64,000 nucleotides of DNA from Armatimonadota bacterium (GTDB taxonomy: Bacteria > Armatimonadota > HRBIN16). The notes under the pieces are model-generated. The model was not told the DNA's origin, searched no databases, and saw nothing but the letters and a program-made list of their open reading frames with translations. This document shows positions 8,946 to 19,549 of this stretch, one piece after another. The number at the start of each line of letters is the position of its first letter. Positions within the stretch are counted from its first letter, which is position 1. The stretch lies in the NCBI GenBank assembly GCA_963677485.1, contig OY781964.1, forward strand, positions 4,704,001 through 4,768,000, given 5' to 3'. The translations under genes were made by a program, and so were the position numbers.

Positions 8946-11900
8946 ATGGCATATTCGAAGCGTTCGTTCACCTGCTTTTTGGTTCTGGGATTAATGTTCA
9001 TGCAGATCACTGCATATACGGCTTCACCAACCCGTCTCGTTATGACAAAGAATGGCAAACCCAATGCCACCATCGTGCTGGCCAGACACAGCACAATGTC
9101 GGTGGAATTCGCCCTTCAGGAGCTGCAATACCACCTCCGCCAGATCACAGGCACCGCGCTTCCTGTGGCGTATGATGACCAGAAGGTGACTGGCAACCGG
9201 ATTCTTCTGGGCGAAAGCAAAGCCACAAAATCTCTTAAACTGCCCGGAAAGCCGTTCTCTTCTCAGGAATACATGCTGCGGTTCACTCCCTCGACGCTGG
9301 TGCTGATGGGGAAAGACGACGCCATCTATGACGACACTGAACAGCGGCTTCCGCGAGTCCCAGGGAAATTCGGCCGTGCTGTGAAGTTCAACGGCATCAA
9401 CAGCCTCATCGCCTTATCAAACTCTGGCTTCACCGACAACGAAGGATGTATGGAGGCGTGGGTCTGGATGCCCGCCAAAGCGCAGAGTACCGATGGCACC
9501 ATCCTGCGTATAGACAGCACCAGCCCCTGGAGTTACCACATCTTGCAGCGACTGGCTGAGACCAACAGTATCGACTACCGCGTGTATGACGGCACAACCG
9601 TGATGCGGGTAATCTCGAAGCCGGTCACTGAGGGCTGGCACCACATCAAGGCGACTCACAGCGTAAAATCGGGGCTGTTGGAACTGTTCGTGGATGGTGT
9701 CAGCCAAGGCACCACACCATACCGAGTGACGAAATGCGCCAAAGCCACGATGTATATGGGCGGTATGCCGGGTGAGCAGGACGGTAAAGCAGGCAATGCC
9801 TTCGTTGGGTTGATTGACGAAGTGCGCATATCCAACAGTGCCAGGAGCAACGAGGATGCGGTGCTGACCGAACCGCTGAAGAAAGACCCCGCCACCACGC
9901 TGTTGCTACACCTGGACGAAGCCAGCAGTAAACCATCTACGCCGCCAGAAACACCACAGAGCACATCGGCACCTGGGTATTTCACGAACAAGGGCACGCT
10001 GGATGCAGTGTATGAGTTTCTTGAGCGGTTCTGCGGCGTAGACTGGTGCGCACCTGGCAGCGTCGGCCTGGTTTGTCCAAAAACCAGCAGTCTGGTTATC
10101 CAAGGTCATGATATCCGCACCAAACCTGCATTTCAGTATCGATGGATGACACCCATTACTCTCTTCATGCCGACACCAAATGATGCCATCTCTGAGAATG
10201 ATGCGGCCGTCTGGAAATATCGGATGAGGCTGGGTGGGGAAGCCTTCTGGGCGTGCCACTCGTACCTGGGTTACTATGACCGGTTCCTTGCTGAGTACCC
10301 CGACTGGTTCGCCCAAGGATATACGGGAACACCACCGCAAATGTGCTATACCAATCCGGGCTTTATCGACCAATCGGCGAAGGACGCGCGGGAGTATTTC
10401 AGTACCGGTAAATCCTACCCGGGAGCAGCCATCGCAGGCAACAACTTCGGGCTTGTGCCGCTGGACAACAACTCCTGGTGCAAGTGCGCGCTGTGCCAGA
10501 GCAAACTGAACGCCTCGGAGGCAAACAATCCGCAGTTTTCCAACGGCAAGGCCAGCAACTACTTCTTTGAATATGTCAACAAAGTGGCTGCCCTGGCGCG
10601 TACATCCGACAAGACTAAGTGGATATCCACACTGGCTTACTCAGATTACGCCTATTACCCCGACAAGCTGTCGCTGGAGCCCAACATCGCGGTGATGATG
10701 TGCCTGCATACCCGCAACTGGTGGTGCCCCTCAATGGAAAAGAACGACCGAAAAGTGTTCAACCAGTGGGTGAGTAAAGAGGGTAAGAATCGTCCCCTGT
10801 ACGTGTGGCTTTACTACAACTTCCCCGCCATGAACGCGCAACTTGCGGAGTATGCCATGTTCCCAGGCTTCTTTGTGCATACCATGGCGAAACAGACCCG
10901 GATGTATCACCAGGCGGGTATCCGAGGTATCTTCCTGGAGCACTCCAGCGAATTCGGGCAAACCTACCTGGGCGACCAACTGGAGCTGTATGTGCAGTGG
11001 CACATGGCACAGAACCCAAAACTCGATCTGGAAAAGCTGATCGACCGCTTCTTCAACGGTTATTACGGCAAAGCGGCCCAGCCGATGAAGAAGCTCTATC
11101 TCGATATGGAGAGGGTGTTTACGGATATCAACACATACCCCGACGATATCAAGAACTCACCGGCGCACCAGCACCAGAACCGCAAACTCACCTACGAATA
11201 CGAACTGACACCGAAACGTCTTGCGGATTACCAGAGTCTTATCAAAAAGGCGCGCGATACGGCTTCGTCAGAGCTTGAGCAACTGCGTGTGGACTATTTT
11301 GACCGCGGCATCATACAGCCATTAGCCGATGGCATGGCCAAATACCAGCTTTATAAGCAAGATATCGCATCGCTGGCTAGCAGGAGCTATGACGTCACGA
11401 TACCCAGGTTAGCCTCATCAGCATCGGGGGACCTCGGGCTGGTCGACTGGTCAAAGGCAGTTGACATTGGTAGTTGGCGAACGGTACTGGGAGAAAAGTC
11501 GCCTCGTGTGATTTCGACAAGGGTGGCTCATGATGGCCAGTATCTGTATATCGAACTGAACGAACAGATGGACACAAAGACGCTAATCACCGGTTCTGAG
11601 GTGTGGCGTGGCGACGACTGGGAACTGTTCTTCGCAAAGCAAAAGGCGAAACCCTACCGTCAGATATCTATCGGACCTGACGGCAAGGTTTCGGCCAGTG
11701 AGTATGGCGCAAGCACCTCAGGCTGGAATCCTCAAGTGAGAGTGCTAAGCGACGCCAGCTCTGGCCAATACTGGAACTGTCGAGTGGCGATCCCGCTCAA
11801 GGATTTGGTGTCGGAGAGCACGGCTACCGGCGACAGCTTCTATGCGAATTTATATCGGGCCACCGGGGGGTCATCGAACCTGATGGCCTGGAGCCCGAAT

Positions 11901-11957
11901 TTCACAGCAAGCTTTCACGAGACGAGTCACATGGGTAAATTTACCCTGGCACCGTAG
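8946..11957 (+). CDS. Secreted DUF4838-type putative glycoside hydrolase with inserted LamG domain and C-terminal CBM9-like domain
   Basis: GGAGG RBS before ATG 8946, signal peptide, ELQYHLRQITG, GWHHI...LFVDG...FVGLIDEVRIS (LamG), GTLDAVYEFLE, PQMCYTNP, WCKCALC, LAY, C-terminal DDWELF...FYANLYR. Confidence 0.72.
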   Translation: MAYSKRSFTCFLVLGLMFMQITAYTASPTRLVMTKNGKPNATIVLARHSTMSVEFALQELQYHLRQITGTALPVAYDDQKVTGNRILLGESKATKSLKLPGKPFSSQEYMLRFTPSTLVLMGKDDAIYDDTEQRLPRVPGKFGRAVKFNGINSLIALSNSGFTDNEGCMEAWVWMPAKAQSTDGTILRIDSTSPWSYHILQRLAETNSIDYRVYDGTTVMRVISKPVTEGWHHIKATHSVKSGLLELFVDGVSQGTTPYRVTKCAKATMYMGGMPGEQDGKAGNAFVGLIDEVRISNSARSNEDAVLTEPLKKDPATTLLLHLDEASSKPSTPPETPQSTSAPGYFTNKGTLDAVYEFLERFCGVDWCAPGSVGLVCPKTSSLVIQGHDIRTKPAFQYRWMTPITLFMPTPNDAISENDAAVWKYRMRLGGEAFWACHSYLGYYDRFLAEYPDWFAQGYTGTPPQMCYTNPGFIDQSAKDAREYFSTGKSYPGAAIAGNNFGLVPLDNNSWCKCALCQSKLNASEANNPQFSNGKASNYFFEYVNKVAALARTSDKTKWISTLAYSDYAYYPDKLSLEPNIAVMMCLHTRNWWCPSMEKNDRKVFNQWVSKEGKNRPLYVWLYYNFPAMNAQLAEYAMFPGFFVHTMAKQTRMYHQAGIRGIFLEHSSEFGQTYLGDQLELYVQWHMAQNPKLDLEKLIDRFFNGYYGKAAQPMKKLYLDMERVFTDINTYPDDIKNSPAHQHQNRKLTYEYELTPKRLADYQSLIKKARDTASSELEQLRVDYFDRGIIQPLADGMAKYQLYKQDIASLASRSYDVTIPRLASSASGDLGLVDWSKAVDIGSWRTVLGEKSPRVISTRVAHDGQYLYIELNEQMDTKTLITGSEVWRGDDWELFFAKQKAKPYRQISIGPDGKVSASEYGASTSGWNPQVRVLSDASSGQYWNCRVAIPLKDLVSESTATGDSFYANLYRATGGSSNLMAWSPNFTASFHETSHMGKFTLAP

Positions 11958-11977
11958 AGATATTTGGAGGAACAAAT

Positions 11978-12766
11978 ATGCTGGATTCGGTTGAATTATG
12001 GAGATTAGCCTTAAGTGAAGACCTGATGGACCGACAACATGCCGCACGTGATTTGTGGGATGACGACTGTGCGGCCTCTACAGAAATACTCAAAAGACTA
12101 ACCTCCGACCCTCACTCGGGTGTGCGGCTCTGTGCAGTCTACGCCATCGAACGTCACCATTTTGATGGCTGTGTACCGCTGCTTGTGCGGATGATGCATG
12201 AGGATCGGAATTTCGTTGTCCGTACGGGCTGCGCGCATTCGTTAGCGTGGATTCCTGAGGGCGCCGCCTATGTGATTGACGCTCTCGACGATCTGGATGA
12301 CGGGGTGATTGGTTCAGCCATCGCTAGTCTGCAAGCTACAGGGGCTGTCTGGGCTTCGGATAGAATTGCGGAATACCTGACGCATCCCAATTGGGAAGTC
12401 CGTTACTCGGCGGTATGTGCTTTACTGAAGTTTGGTATGGGGTCACAACAGTTGGTTGATACCATCCAAGAACTCACAGGGATAGCCGAGGCCCGGGAGA
12501 TGGTCCACAATTTCGCATTTTCCGATGCGTTCAGAACCGCGGAGGAAAACATACATCCTCACTCCAACCTCGACGATGATTTCGACATCGATCAATGGGA
12601 AGCCGCACAGAGTGAGCTATATGGTGAAGACTATATGGATATGGACATCGATGAACGTCTGGAGATTTTGCGGGCGAAATTCGGCGCAGAACTGGTGCCT
12701 TACCCCCAGTCTGACCCTCTCGGAGACATGCTGAAACAAGCACAACAGCTACTAGTGCAGCCTTAA
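11978..12766 (+). CDS. HEAT-repeat protein with acidic C-terminal region
   Basis: RBS GGAGG; repeats SDPHSGVRLCAVYAI, DRNFVVRTGCAHSL, HPNWEVRYSAVCAL. Confidence 0.72.
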   Translation: MLDSVELWRLALSEDLMDRQHAARDLWDDDCAASTEILKRLTSDPHSGVRLCAVYAIERHHFDGCVPLLVRMMHEDRNFVVRTGCAHSLAWIPEGAAYVIDALDDLDDGVIGSAIASLQATGAVWASDRIAEYLTHPNWEVRYSAVCALLKFGMGSQQLVDTIQELTGIAEAREMVHNFAFSDAFRTAEENIHPHSNLDDDFDIDQWEAAQSELYGEDYMDMDIDERLEILRAKFGAELVPYPQSDPLGDMLKQAQQLLVQP

Positions 12767-12842
12767 GCATACTCTGCGATATCTGCTGCTCAACATGAGC
12801 AGCGAATTTGTCGTATTAGTGCTTAAACAGGCGGTGTTTTTA

Positions 12843-12871
12843 TTGACAGAAATATATACATCAGGTAAACT
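12843..12871 (+). promoter_or_regulatory. Sigma70-type promoter of the ilv-leu leader
   Basis: TTGACA-17 bp-TAAACT. Confidence 0.8.
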
Positions 12872-12924
12872 ATGTTTACGGGGTATCAAATAACCTCAGT
12901 TATTGGAGCTCTGAAAGATATCCA

Positions 12925-13180
12925 AAAGCGAAGACCAGGATAGTACGACGCAAATCTGATTTCAGAGAGTTGCCGGATGGTGCGAGGTAACACAGAATGC
13001 GAAGGAATCTCACCTGCGAGCTGGGCTGCTGAACTCGGCAACCGCCGACAATTAAGCCGCCTCGGGTTCGCCCGTTATCGCGAACAAGAGTGGGTTCGCC
13101 TGCATTTATTGAGGTGGATCAACAAGGGTGGTACCACGTGAGTCAACCTCTCGTCCCTTGAGGATGAGGGGTGTTTTTTT
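12925..13180 (+). promoter_or_regulatory. T-box riboswitch, probable Leu (CUC) specifier
   Basis: GA motif, AGTA, AGAGAG and GGTGCGA stem I motifs, GAA-T-CTC-A specifier loop (CTC 13009-13011), CCGTTA box, T-box AAGGGTGGTACCACG (13124-13138) pairing with CGTCCCTT, terminator CCTCTCGTCC/GGATGAGGGG plus T tract. Confidence 0.95.
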
Positions 13181-13197
13181 ATCTATGGAGGTGCGAT

Positions 13198-14982
13198 ATG
13201 CCAATGATGACCGGTGCCCAGATACTTCTGGAGTGCCTACGCCGCGAAGATGTCAAGCACATTTTCGGATATCCGGGCGGTGTACTGCTGCCCGTCTACG
13301 ATGCGCTGTATGAATACCGCGACATCGAGCATATCCTCGTCCGTCATGAACAGGGTGCCGCCCACATGGCAGACGGATATGCTCGCTCTACGGGCAAAGT
13401 CGGTGTCTGCCTAGCAACATCCGGCCCTGGAGCGACCAACCTAATCACAGGAATAGCCAACGCCTTAATGGACTCCATCCCCATGGTGGCCATCACGGGT
13501 CAAGTCAAGTCAACGAATATCGGCAAAGATGCCTTTCAAGAGACTGATGCCATCGGGTTGAGTATGCCCATCACGAAGCAGAACTATCTGGTTCGCGATG
13601 CTCTGACCCTCCCGAAGATCGTCTCTGAGGCGTTCCACATCGCCCGCAGCGGCCGTCCAGGTCCTGTGTTGATCGATCTGCCGAATGATGTAAGTGCGGC
13701 TTTTGTAGAGTGGGATCCTAGTACGTATCCAACCGAGGTGGACATCCCGTCCTATCGGCCTACGTATAAAGGTCACGGGATGCAGATCAAGCGCGCTGCC
13801 GAGGCGATCAATGCGGCAGAACGCCCCATTCTGTATGTGGGCGGAGGAGCTGTGGCTTCCAACGCACAAGCTGAGATCACGGAGCTGAGCGTGAAGGCTG
13901 ACATCCTGGTCACCACCACGCTGTTGGGTAAAGGCGCGATAAATGAGAGCCATCCCAACTGTCTGGGTATGCTGGGAATGCATGGCGCAGCCTACGCAAA
14001 CTATGCGATCAACCACTGCGATCTGCTGATCGCGGTAGGAGCCCGGTTTGATGACCGCGTGACCGGCAAGGTGGATCAGTTCGCCAAGAACGCCAAGGTG
14101 ATACACATAGACATCGACCCAGCCGAAATCGGCAAAGTCATAGCCTGTGATATCCCGATCGTGGGTGATGTGAAAACAGTGCTGACGGAGCTCAACGCGG
14201 CTGTCAAAGATAATAACCACACGATGTGGAACAACCAGGTCGCCAAGTGGCGTCAGAGGTTCCCCATGAGCCCGCCCGACGATGGTGAGATGCACGCAGC
14301 CTCCATCATTCGAAAGATCTGGGAGATGGCACCGGACGATGCGATATTCGCTACCGACGTGGGCCAACATCAAATGTGGGCAGCGCAGTTCGTGCATACG
14401 ATCAAGCCGCATCAGTTCATCACATCAGGTGGTCTTGGTACCATGGGATTTGGACTGCCAGCCGCCATCGGCTCGCAGTTTGCCAATCCTGACAAGAAGG
14501 TCATTTGTATTACCGGTGACGGCTCCATACAGATGTGTATTCAAGAGATGATGACCGCCGTAGTTTACGAACTGCCTATCGTCATCGCCATCATGAATAA
14601 CAAGACGCTTGGTATGGTGCGGCAGTGGCAGGAGCTCTTCTTCAGTGAGCGTTACAGCTCAGTCAGCCTGGAGGCCAGCCCCAACTTCCCGTTGCTAGCG
14701 GAAGCGTATGGTGCCATCGGCATCCGCGTAGACAAGCCTGAGGATGTGGAGCCAGCCATCGCCAGAGCACTTGCTGAGACGAAGAAGCCGGTTTTGATCG
14801 ACTTCCAGACCCCGACACTGGACAAGGTCTATCCATTCATTCCTGCGGGTCAAACCGTGGACCAGATGATGCTGATGAACGGGGATCAGGCGCCGCAGGT
14901 CACTGTAGATACCGATGCTGAGACATGGTCATTTGCAGACGACGAGCGTGTGCTCGAAGAGTTTATCAAGGACTCAGAGTAG
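13198..14982 (+). CDS. ilvB: Acetolactate synthase large subunit
   Basis: FGYPGG, RHEQGAAHMADGYAR, TSGPGATN, DVGQHQMW, SGGLGTMG, GDGS, LGMVRQWQ; GGAGG before ATG 13198. Confidence 0.97.
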   Translation: MPMMTGAQILLECLRREDVKHIFGYPGGVLLPVYDALYEYRDIEHILVRHEQGAAHMADGYARSTGKVGVCLATSGPGATNLITGIANALMDSIPMVAITGQVKSTNIGKDAFQETDAIGLSMPITKQNYLVRDALTLPKIVSEAFHIARSGRPGPVLIDLPNDVSAAFVEWDPSTYPTEVDIPSYRPTYKGHGMQIKRAAEAINAAERPILYVGGGAVASNAQAEITELSVKADILVTTTLLGKGAINESHPNCLGMLGMHGAAYANYAINHCDLLIAVGARFDDRVTGKVDQFAKNAKVIHIDIDPAEIGKVIACDIPIVGDVKTVLTELNAAVKDNNHTMWNNQVAKWRQRFPMSPPDDGEMHAASIIRKIWEMAPDDAIFATDVGQHQMWAAQFVHTIKPHQFITSGGLGTMGFGLPAAIGSQFANPDKKVICITGDGSIQMCIQEMMTAVVYELPIVIAIMNNKTLGMVRQWQELFFSERYSSVSLEASPNFPLLAEAYGAIGIRVDKPEDVEPAIARALAETKKPVLIDFQTPTLDKVYPFIPAGQTVDQMMLMNGDQAPQVTVDTDAETWSFADDERVLEEFIKDSE

Positions 14983-14995
14983 GAGAGGCGACAGA

Positions 14996-15505
14996 ATGAA
15001 CCAAGCAATAGCAACCGAACCTCTGCATACGATCACTGCGATCGTGTTGAACCATTCGGGTGTCCTAGCGCGGGTCGCTGGTCTTTTCGCTCGAAGAGGA
15101 TATAATATTGAATCGCTGGCTGTGTCTGTTACGCAAGACCCAGACATCAGCCGCATGACCATCGTAGCGCGGGGCGACCACCGAGTGGTGGAGCAGATAT
15201 GCAAGCAGCTCAACAAGCTGATTGACGTAATCCGTGTGGCCGACTATATAGACTGCACCGCGGTAGAGCGAGAACTCGCTCTCATCAAGGTAGCCGCAGA
15301 GCCGGAACAACGGGCCCAGATCCTGCAGTTGGTAGAGATATTCCGTGCTCGCGTAATCGATGTGGGCGAACGGGATATGCTCATTGAAATGACAGGCGGC
15401 TGTGAAAAAGTAGACGCCTTCGCCAACTTAATGGACAACTACGGAATCCGGGAAATGGCGCGTACCGGAGTGATCGCAATGGCGCGCGGCCATAAGACCG
15501 CATAG
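14996..15505 (+). CDS. ilvN: Acetolactate synthase small (regulatory) subunit
   Basis: NHSGVLARVAGLFARRGYNIESL, KQLNKLIDV, ERELALIKV, EMARTG. Confidence 0.96.
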   Translation: MNQAIATEPLHTITAIVLNHSGVLARVAGLFARRGYNIESLAVSVTQDPDISRMTIVARGDHRVVEQICKQLNKLIDVIRVADYIDCTAVERELALIKVAAEPEQRAQILQLVEIFRARVIDVGERDMLIEMTGGCEKVDAFANLMDNYGIREMARTGVIAMARGHKTA

Positions 15506-15573
15506 CAATACCTAACACTCAAACGGCTTCGGTCAAGCTGAAGCCGTACATTTAAGGGAGAAACATCTCAATC

Positions 15574-16581
15574 ATGGCACAGATGTACTACGAAAAAGAC
15601 GCGGACCTTCAGGTTCTCGCTGGCAAGACAATTGCCATCATCGGATACGGCAGCCAAGGTCACGCTCATTCCCAGAACCTGCGCGACAGCGGACAGAGCG
15701 TTATCGTAGCTGACCTACCCGGTACCCGTAACTGGAACACCGCTGTAGAGAACGGCTTCGAAGTGATGAGTGCCGCTGAAGCAGCTAAGAAGGCCGACAT
15801 TCTGATGATCCTGGTGAACGACGAGTACCAGGCAGACATGTACAAGAAGGACATCGAACCTAACCTGAAGAAGGGTGCCGCGCTTGCTTTTGCACACGGC
15901 TTCAACATTCACTTTAGCCAGATCCTTCCTGACGAGCACACCGATGTCTTCATGGTCGCCCCTAAGGGACCTGGTCACCTCGTGCGCCGCCAGTACGAAG
16001 AAGGCGCAGGCGTGCCTTGCCTCTTCGCCATCTACCAGGATGCCACTGGCACATGCCGCCAGATCGCAATGGCTTACGGTAAGGGATTGGGCGGAGCTCG
16101 TGCAGGAATGCTCGAGACCACCTTCAAAGAAGAGACTGAGACCGACCTGTTCGGTGAGCAAGCTGTTCTTTGCGGCGGAACCGTCGCGTTGGTGAAGGCC
16201 GGCTTCGAGACCCTCGTGAATGCTGGATATCAGCCAGAGATCGCTTACTTCGAGTGTATGCACGAACTGAAGCTGATCGTCGACCTGATGCATGAGTCCG
16301 GCATTGCCGGTATGCGCTACAGCGTATCCGACACCGCTCAGTGGGGCGACATGGTCATTGGACCGCGCATCATCACTGACGAAACCCGCGCTGAGATGAG
16401 GCGTGTACTGAGCCAGATTCAAAGCGGCGAGTTCGCTAAGAACTGGATTCTTGAGAACAAGGCCAACCGACCTATGTTCCGCGCACTGACAAAGGCTGAT
16501 GATGATAGTCAGCTTGAGAAAGTCGGCGCAGAGCTACGCGGCATGATGCCTTGGCTGCACAAACCAGTCAACGCGAAGTAG
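15574..16581 (+). CDS. ilvC: Ketol-acid reductoisomerase
   Basis: [46 protein letters not shown]. Confidence 0.98.
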   Translation: MAQMYYEKDADLQVLAGKTIAIIGYGSQGHAHSQNLRDSGQSVIVADLPGTRNWNTAVENGFEVMSAAEAAKKADILMILVNDEYQADMYKKDIEPNLKKGAALAFAHGFNIHFSQILPDEHTDVFMVAPKGPGHLVRRQYEEGAGVPCLFAIYQDATGTCRQIAMAYGKGLGGARAGMLETTFKEETETDLFGEQAVLCGGTVALVKAGFETLVNAGYQPEIAYFECMHELKLIVDLMHESGIAGMRYSVSDTAQWGDMVIGPRIITDETRAEMRRVLSQIQSGEFAKNWILENKANRPMFRALTKADDDSQLEKVGAELRGMMPWLHKPVNAK

Positions 16582-16654
16582 TATCCGTCAACCATAGGGC
16601 CGTTCGAACATATGGACGGCCCGAACTTGAATTTACATGAAGGAGAATCACACC

Positions 16655-18220
16655 ATGGAGAGCGTAGATCGCGTTTACGTATTCGATACCACTCTTCGCG
16701 ACGGCGAACAGTCGCCTGGAGCGTCACTAAATGTTCATGAAAAACTGGACATCGCTCGGCAACTTGAAAAGCTCAATGTGGATGTGATAGAAGCCGGATT
16801 TCCTATCTCCTCACCTGGAGACTTCTTATCCGTGCAAGAGATTTGCAAGGTCGTTAAATCGGCCGTCGTGTGCGCATTGACCAGAGCCGTACCAAAGGAC
16901 ATCGAATGTGCTGCTGAGTCGCTGAAAGACGCGGTTTGTGGACGTATCCACACTGGCCTGGGCGTCTCGGACAACCATCTGCAGAATAAGCTGCGGTTGT
17001 CTCGTGAAGAGGCGATGGCCAAGGGTGTGGCGGCAGTCAAGCTGGCTAGATCGCTGGTTCCTGAAGTCGAATACTTCATGGAAGACAGCGGCCGTGCTGA
17101 CCCAGAGTATGTATACCGCGTTGTAGAGGCGATGATCAACGCGGGAGCCTGCGTCATCAACGTGCCCGATACCACGGGTTATACCACTCCTGAGGAGTTT
17201 GGAGCCCTGATCGCCGGCATCATGAACAACGTACCGAACGTGGATAAGGCCCGGATCAGCGTCCACTGTCATAACGACCTTGGGATGGCTACAGCTAATG
17301 CTTTATCTGGGGTGATGGCCGGTGCGCGTCAGGTGGAAGTGACGATCAATGGTCTAGGGGAACGCGCTGGCAATACGGCACTCGAAGAAGTGGTGATGGC
17401 GATCTACACCCGTAAAGATTGGTTCAAGGGTGCCTTCACCAACATCAACACAACCGAAATCTATAGATCCAGCAGGCTGGTCAGCACCCTGACGGGTATC
17501 ATCGTCCAACCGAACAAGGCCATCGTTGGAGCCAATGCTTTCGCGCACTCGTCTGGGATACATCAGGACGGCGTGCTGAAAGAACGCAGCACCTACGAGA
17601 TCATCGACCCACTGACGGTTGGTGTGATGGAAAGTAAAATCATACTGAGTGCCCGAAGCGGCCGCCATGGCGTGAAGCACAGACTAGAAGAGCTTGGGTA
17701 TACATTCGAGGCTGAGGGCTTTGAAGAGATTTACGCCCAGTTCCTATCGCTGGCCGATCGAAAAAAACAGATCTACGATGAAGATTTGCTCAGTCTGGTG
17801 GCGGACAGCTCGGTGCTTAGTGAGCAAATGTATGAGCTCGAATTAGCTCAGGTGATCAGCGGAAATGTGGCTGTGCCAACTGCTACAGTGCAGCTAAAGC
17901 ACATCAACGGGCAGATTCATACCAGTGTGGCCACTGGCACAGGGCCGGTTGATGCCTGTTATCAGGCCATTGATAAAGTTGTTCAGCTCCCGTGTGAGCT
18001 GATGGACTACAGTATGCAGTCGGTGACCGAAGGTATCGACGCACAAGCGGAAGTGACAATTCGTATCCGGGCTGAACACGGTGATATCTACACCGGGCGT
18101 GGGGCCAGTACGGATATTGTGGTCGCTTCTTGTAAAGCATACTTGCAAGCTCTCAACAAGTTGCTGAGCGGCAGAAGCCAGCACCAGCAGCGCAGGGAAA
18201 TCACTGAGGGGGGCGTTTAG
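16655..18220 (+). CDS. leuA: 2-isopropylmalate synthase
   Basis: FDTTLRDGEQSPG, HCHNDLG, NGLGERAGN, FAHSSGIHQDG, regulatory GTGPVDA; AAGGAG before ATG 16655. Confidence 0.96.
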   Translation: MESVDRVYVFDTTLRDGEQSPGASLNVHEKLDIARQLEKLNVDVIEAGFPISSPGDFLSVQEICKVVKSAVVCALTRAVPKDIECAAESLKDAVCGRIHTGLGVSDNHLQNKLRLSREEAMAKGVAAVKLARSLVPEVEYFMEDSGRADPEYVYRVVEAMINAGACVINVPDTTGYTTPEEFGALIAGIMNNVPNVDKARISVHCHNDLGMATANALSGVMAGARQVEVTINGLGERAGNTALEEVVMAIYTRKDWFKGAFTNINTTEIYRSSRLVSTLTGIIVQPNKAIVGANAFAHSSGIHQDGVLKERSTYEIIDPLTVGVMESKIILSARSGRHGVKHRLEELGYTFEAEGFEEIYAQFLSLADRKKQIYDEDLLSLVADSSVLSEQMYELELAQVISGNVAVPTATVQLKHINGQIHTSVATGTGPVDACYQAIDKVVQLPCELMDYSMQSVTEGIDAQAEVTIRIRAEHGDIYTGRGASTDIVVASCKAYLQALNKLLSGRSQHQQRREITEGGV

Positions 18221-18262
18221 CCCCCAAGCTTGATATCGACATAATCGGAGGACGTAATAGCC

Positions 18263-19534
18263 ATGGGCATGACGATAACCGAAAAGATTCTGGCCGCACA
18301 TGCTGGTCAGGACCATGTTTCTCCTGGTGATCTGGTTACCTGTAAAGTCGACTTCCTACACGGGAACGACATCACAGCCCCGATCGCCATCAGACAGTTT
18401 CGCAAGATGGGCGCACCGACCATATTTGACAAAATGCGCGTAGGCCTGGTGCCCGACCACTCGCTGCCAGCCAAAGACATCGCCAGTGCTACTCTAGCTA
18501 AAGAGATGAAAGAGTTTGCGAAAGAACATAATCTGCCATATCATTTTGATATCGGCCGTATGGGCATTGAGCACACCCTTCTTCCTGACGAAGGACTGGT
18601 GCTGCCCGGTGACGTCGCGATAGGCGCAGACAGTCACACATGCACCTACGGCGCGCTGGGAGCCTTCAGCATGGGCGTAGGGTCTACCGATTTAGCCGGT
18701 GCCATGGCACTGGGTGAAATTTGGCTGCGTGTGCCTGACCAAGTGAAGGTGATCTTCAACGGTAAGCGTCAGAAATACGTGGGTGGTAAGGACCTCATCC
18801 TGGCTACGATCGGCAAGATTGGTGTAGACGGTGGTCTGAACAAGACACTGGAATTCACCGGCGAGGCGATCAGAACGCTGCCGATGTGCCATCGCTTCAC
18901 TATGGCGAATATGGCCATCGAAGGCGGTGCCGATAACGGCATCATCGCTCCTGATGAGATCACCAGGGAATACGTAGAGGGACGCGCTCAGCGGGAATAT
19001 AAATTCTACAGCTCCGATGCGGATGCATTCTATTGCGAAGAGATCGTATTTGATCTGGACGTGATGGAGCCCATCGTGGCGTATCCGTTCCTTCCTGAAA
19101 ACACGCACACCATCAGCGAAGCGGTCAAGGACAACATCAAGGTTGACCAAGTTGTGGTGGGAAGCTGCACCAACGGGCGCATTGAGGACCTTCGCGACCT
19201 AGTGGACATCATCCGCGGCCGACAGGTTCATCCCGACGTGCGACTGATTGTATTCCCAGGCAGCCAGGATATCTACAAACAGGCGATCCGTGAAGGACTG
19301 GTTGAGGAGATCATTGACTGTGGTGGGGCGTTCAGTACACCCACCTGCGGGCCTTGCCTAGGCGGCCACAGCGGTGTATTGGCTCCGCATGAGCGATGCC
19401 TCAGCACAACCAACCGTAACTTCCGCGGCCGCATGGGGCATACCACCTCCGAAGTGTATCTGGCGAACCCGAGTGTGGCTGGCGCGACGGCAATTCTAGG
19501 CCGCATCGCACACCCCGATGAAGTACTAGGGTAA
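18263..19534 (+). CDS. leuC: 3-isopropylmalate dehydratase large subunit (short LeuC type)
   Basis: TITEKIL, GADSHTCTYGA, GSCTNGR, CGPCLG, STTNRNF. Confidence 0.95.
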   Translation: MGMTITEKILAAHAGQDHVSPGDLVTCKVDFLHGNDITAPIAIRQFRKMGAPTIFDKMRVGLVPDHSLPAKDIASATLAKEMKEFAKEHNLPYHFDIGRMGIEHTLLPDEGLVLPGDVAIGADSHTCTYGALGAFSMGVGSTDLAGAMALGEIWLRVPDQVKVIFNGKRQKYVGGKDLILATIGKIGVDGGLNKTLEFTGEAIRTLPMCHRFTMANMAIEGGADNGIIAPDEITREYVEGRAQREYKFYSSDADAFYCEEIVFDLDVMEPIVAYPFLPENTHTISEAVKDNIKVDQVVVGSCTNGRIEDLRDLVDIIRGRQVHPDVRLIVFPGSQDIYKQAIREGLVEEIIDCGGAFSTPTCGPCLGGHSGVLAPHERCLSTTNRNFRGRMGHTTSEVYLANPSVAGATAILGRIAHPDEVLG

Positions 19535-19549
19535 AGGAGACATAACACT

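Noticed and set aside
13510-16422. Long antisense ORFs (300 aa at 13510-14412, 235 aa at 15715-16422) and similar ones opposite ilvD and nrdJ
   Set aside because: Opposite well-conserved genes, no motifs; typical codon-bias shadows
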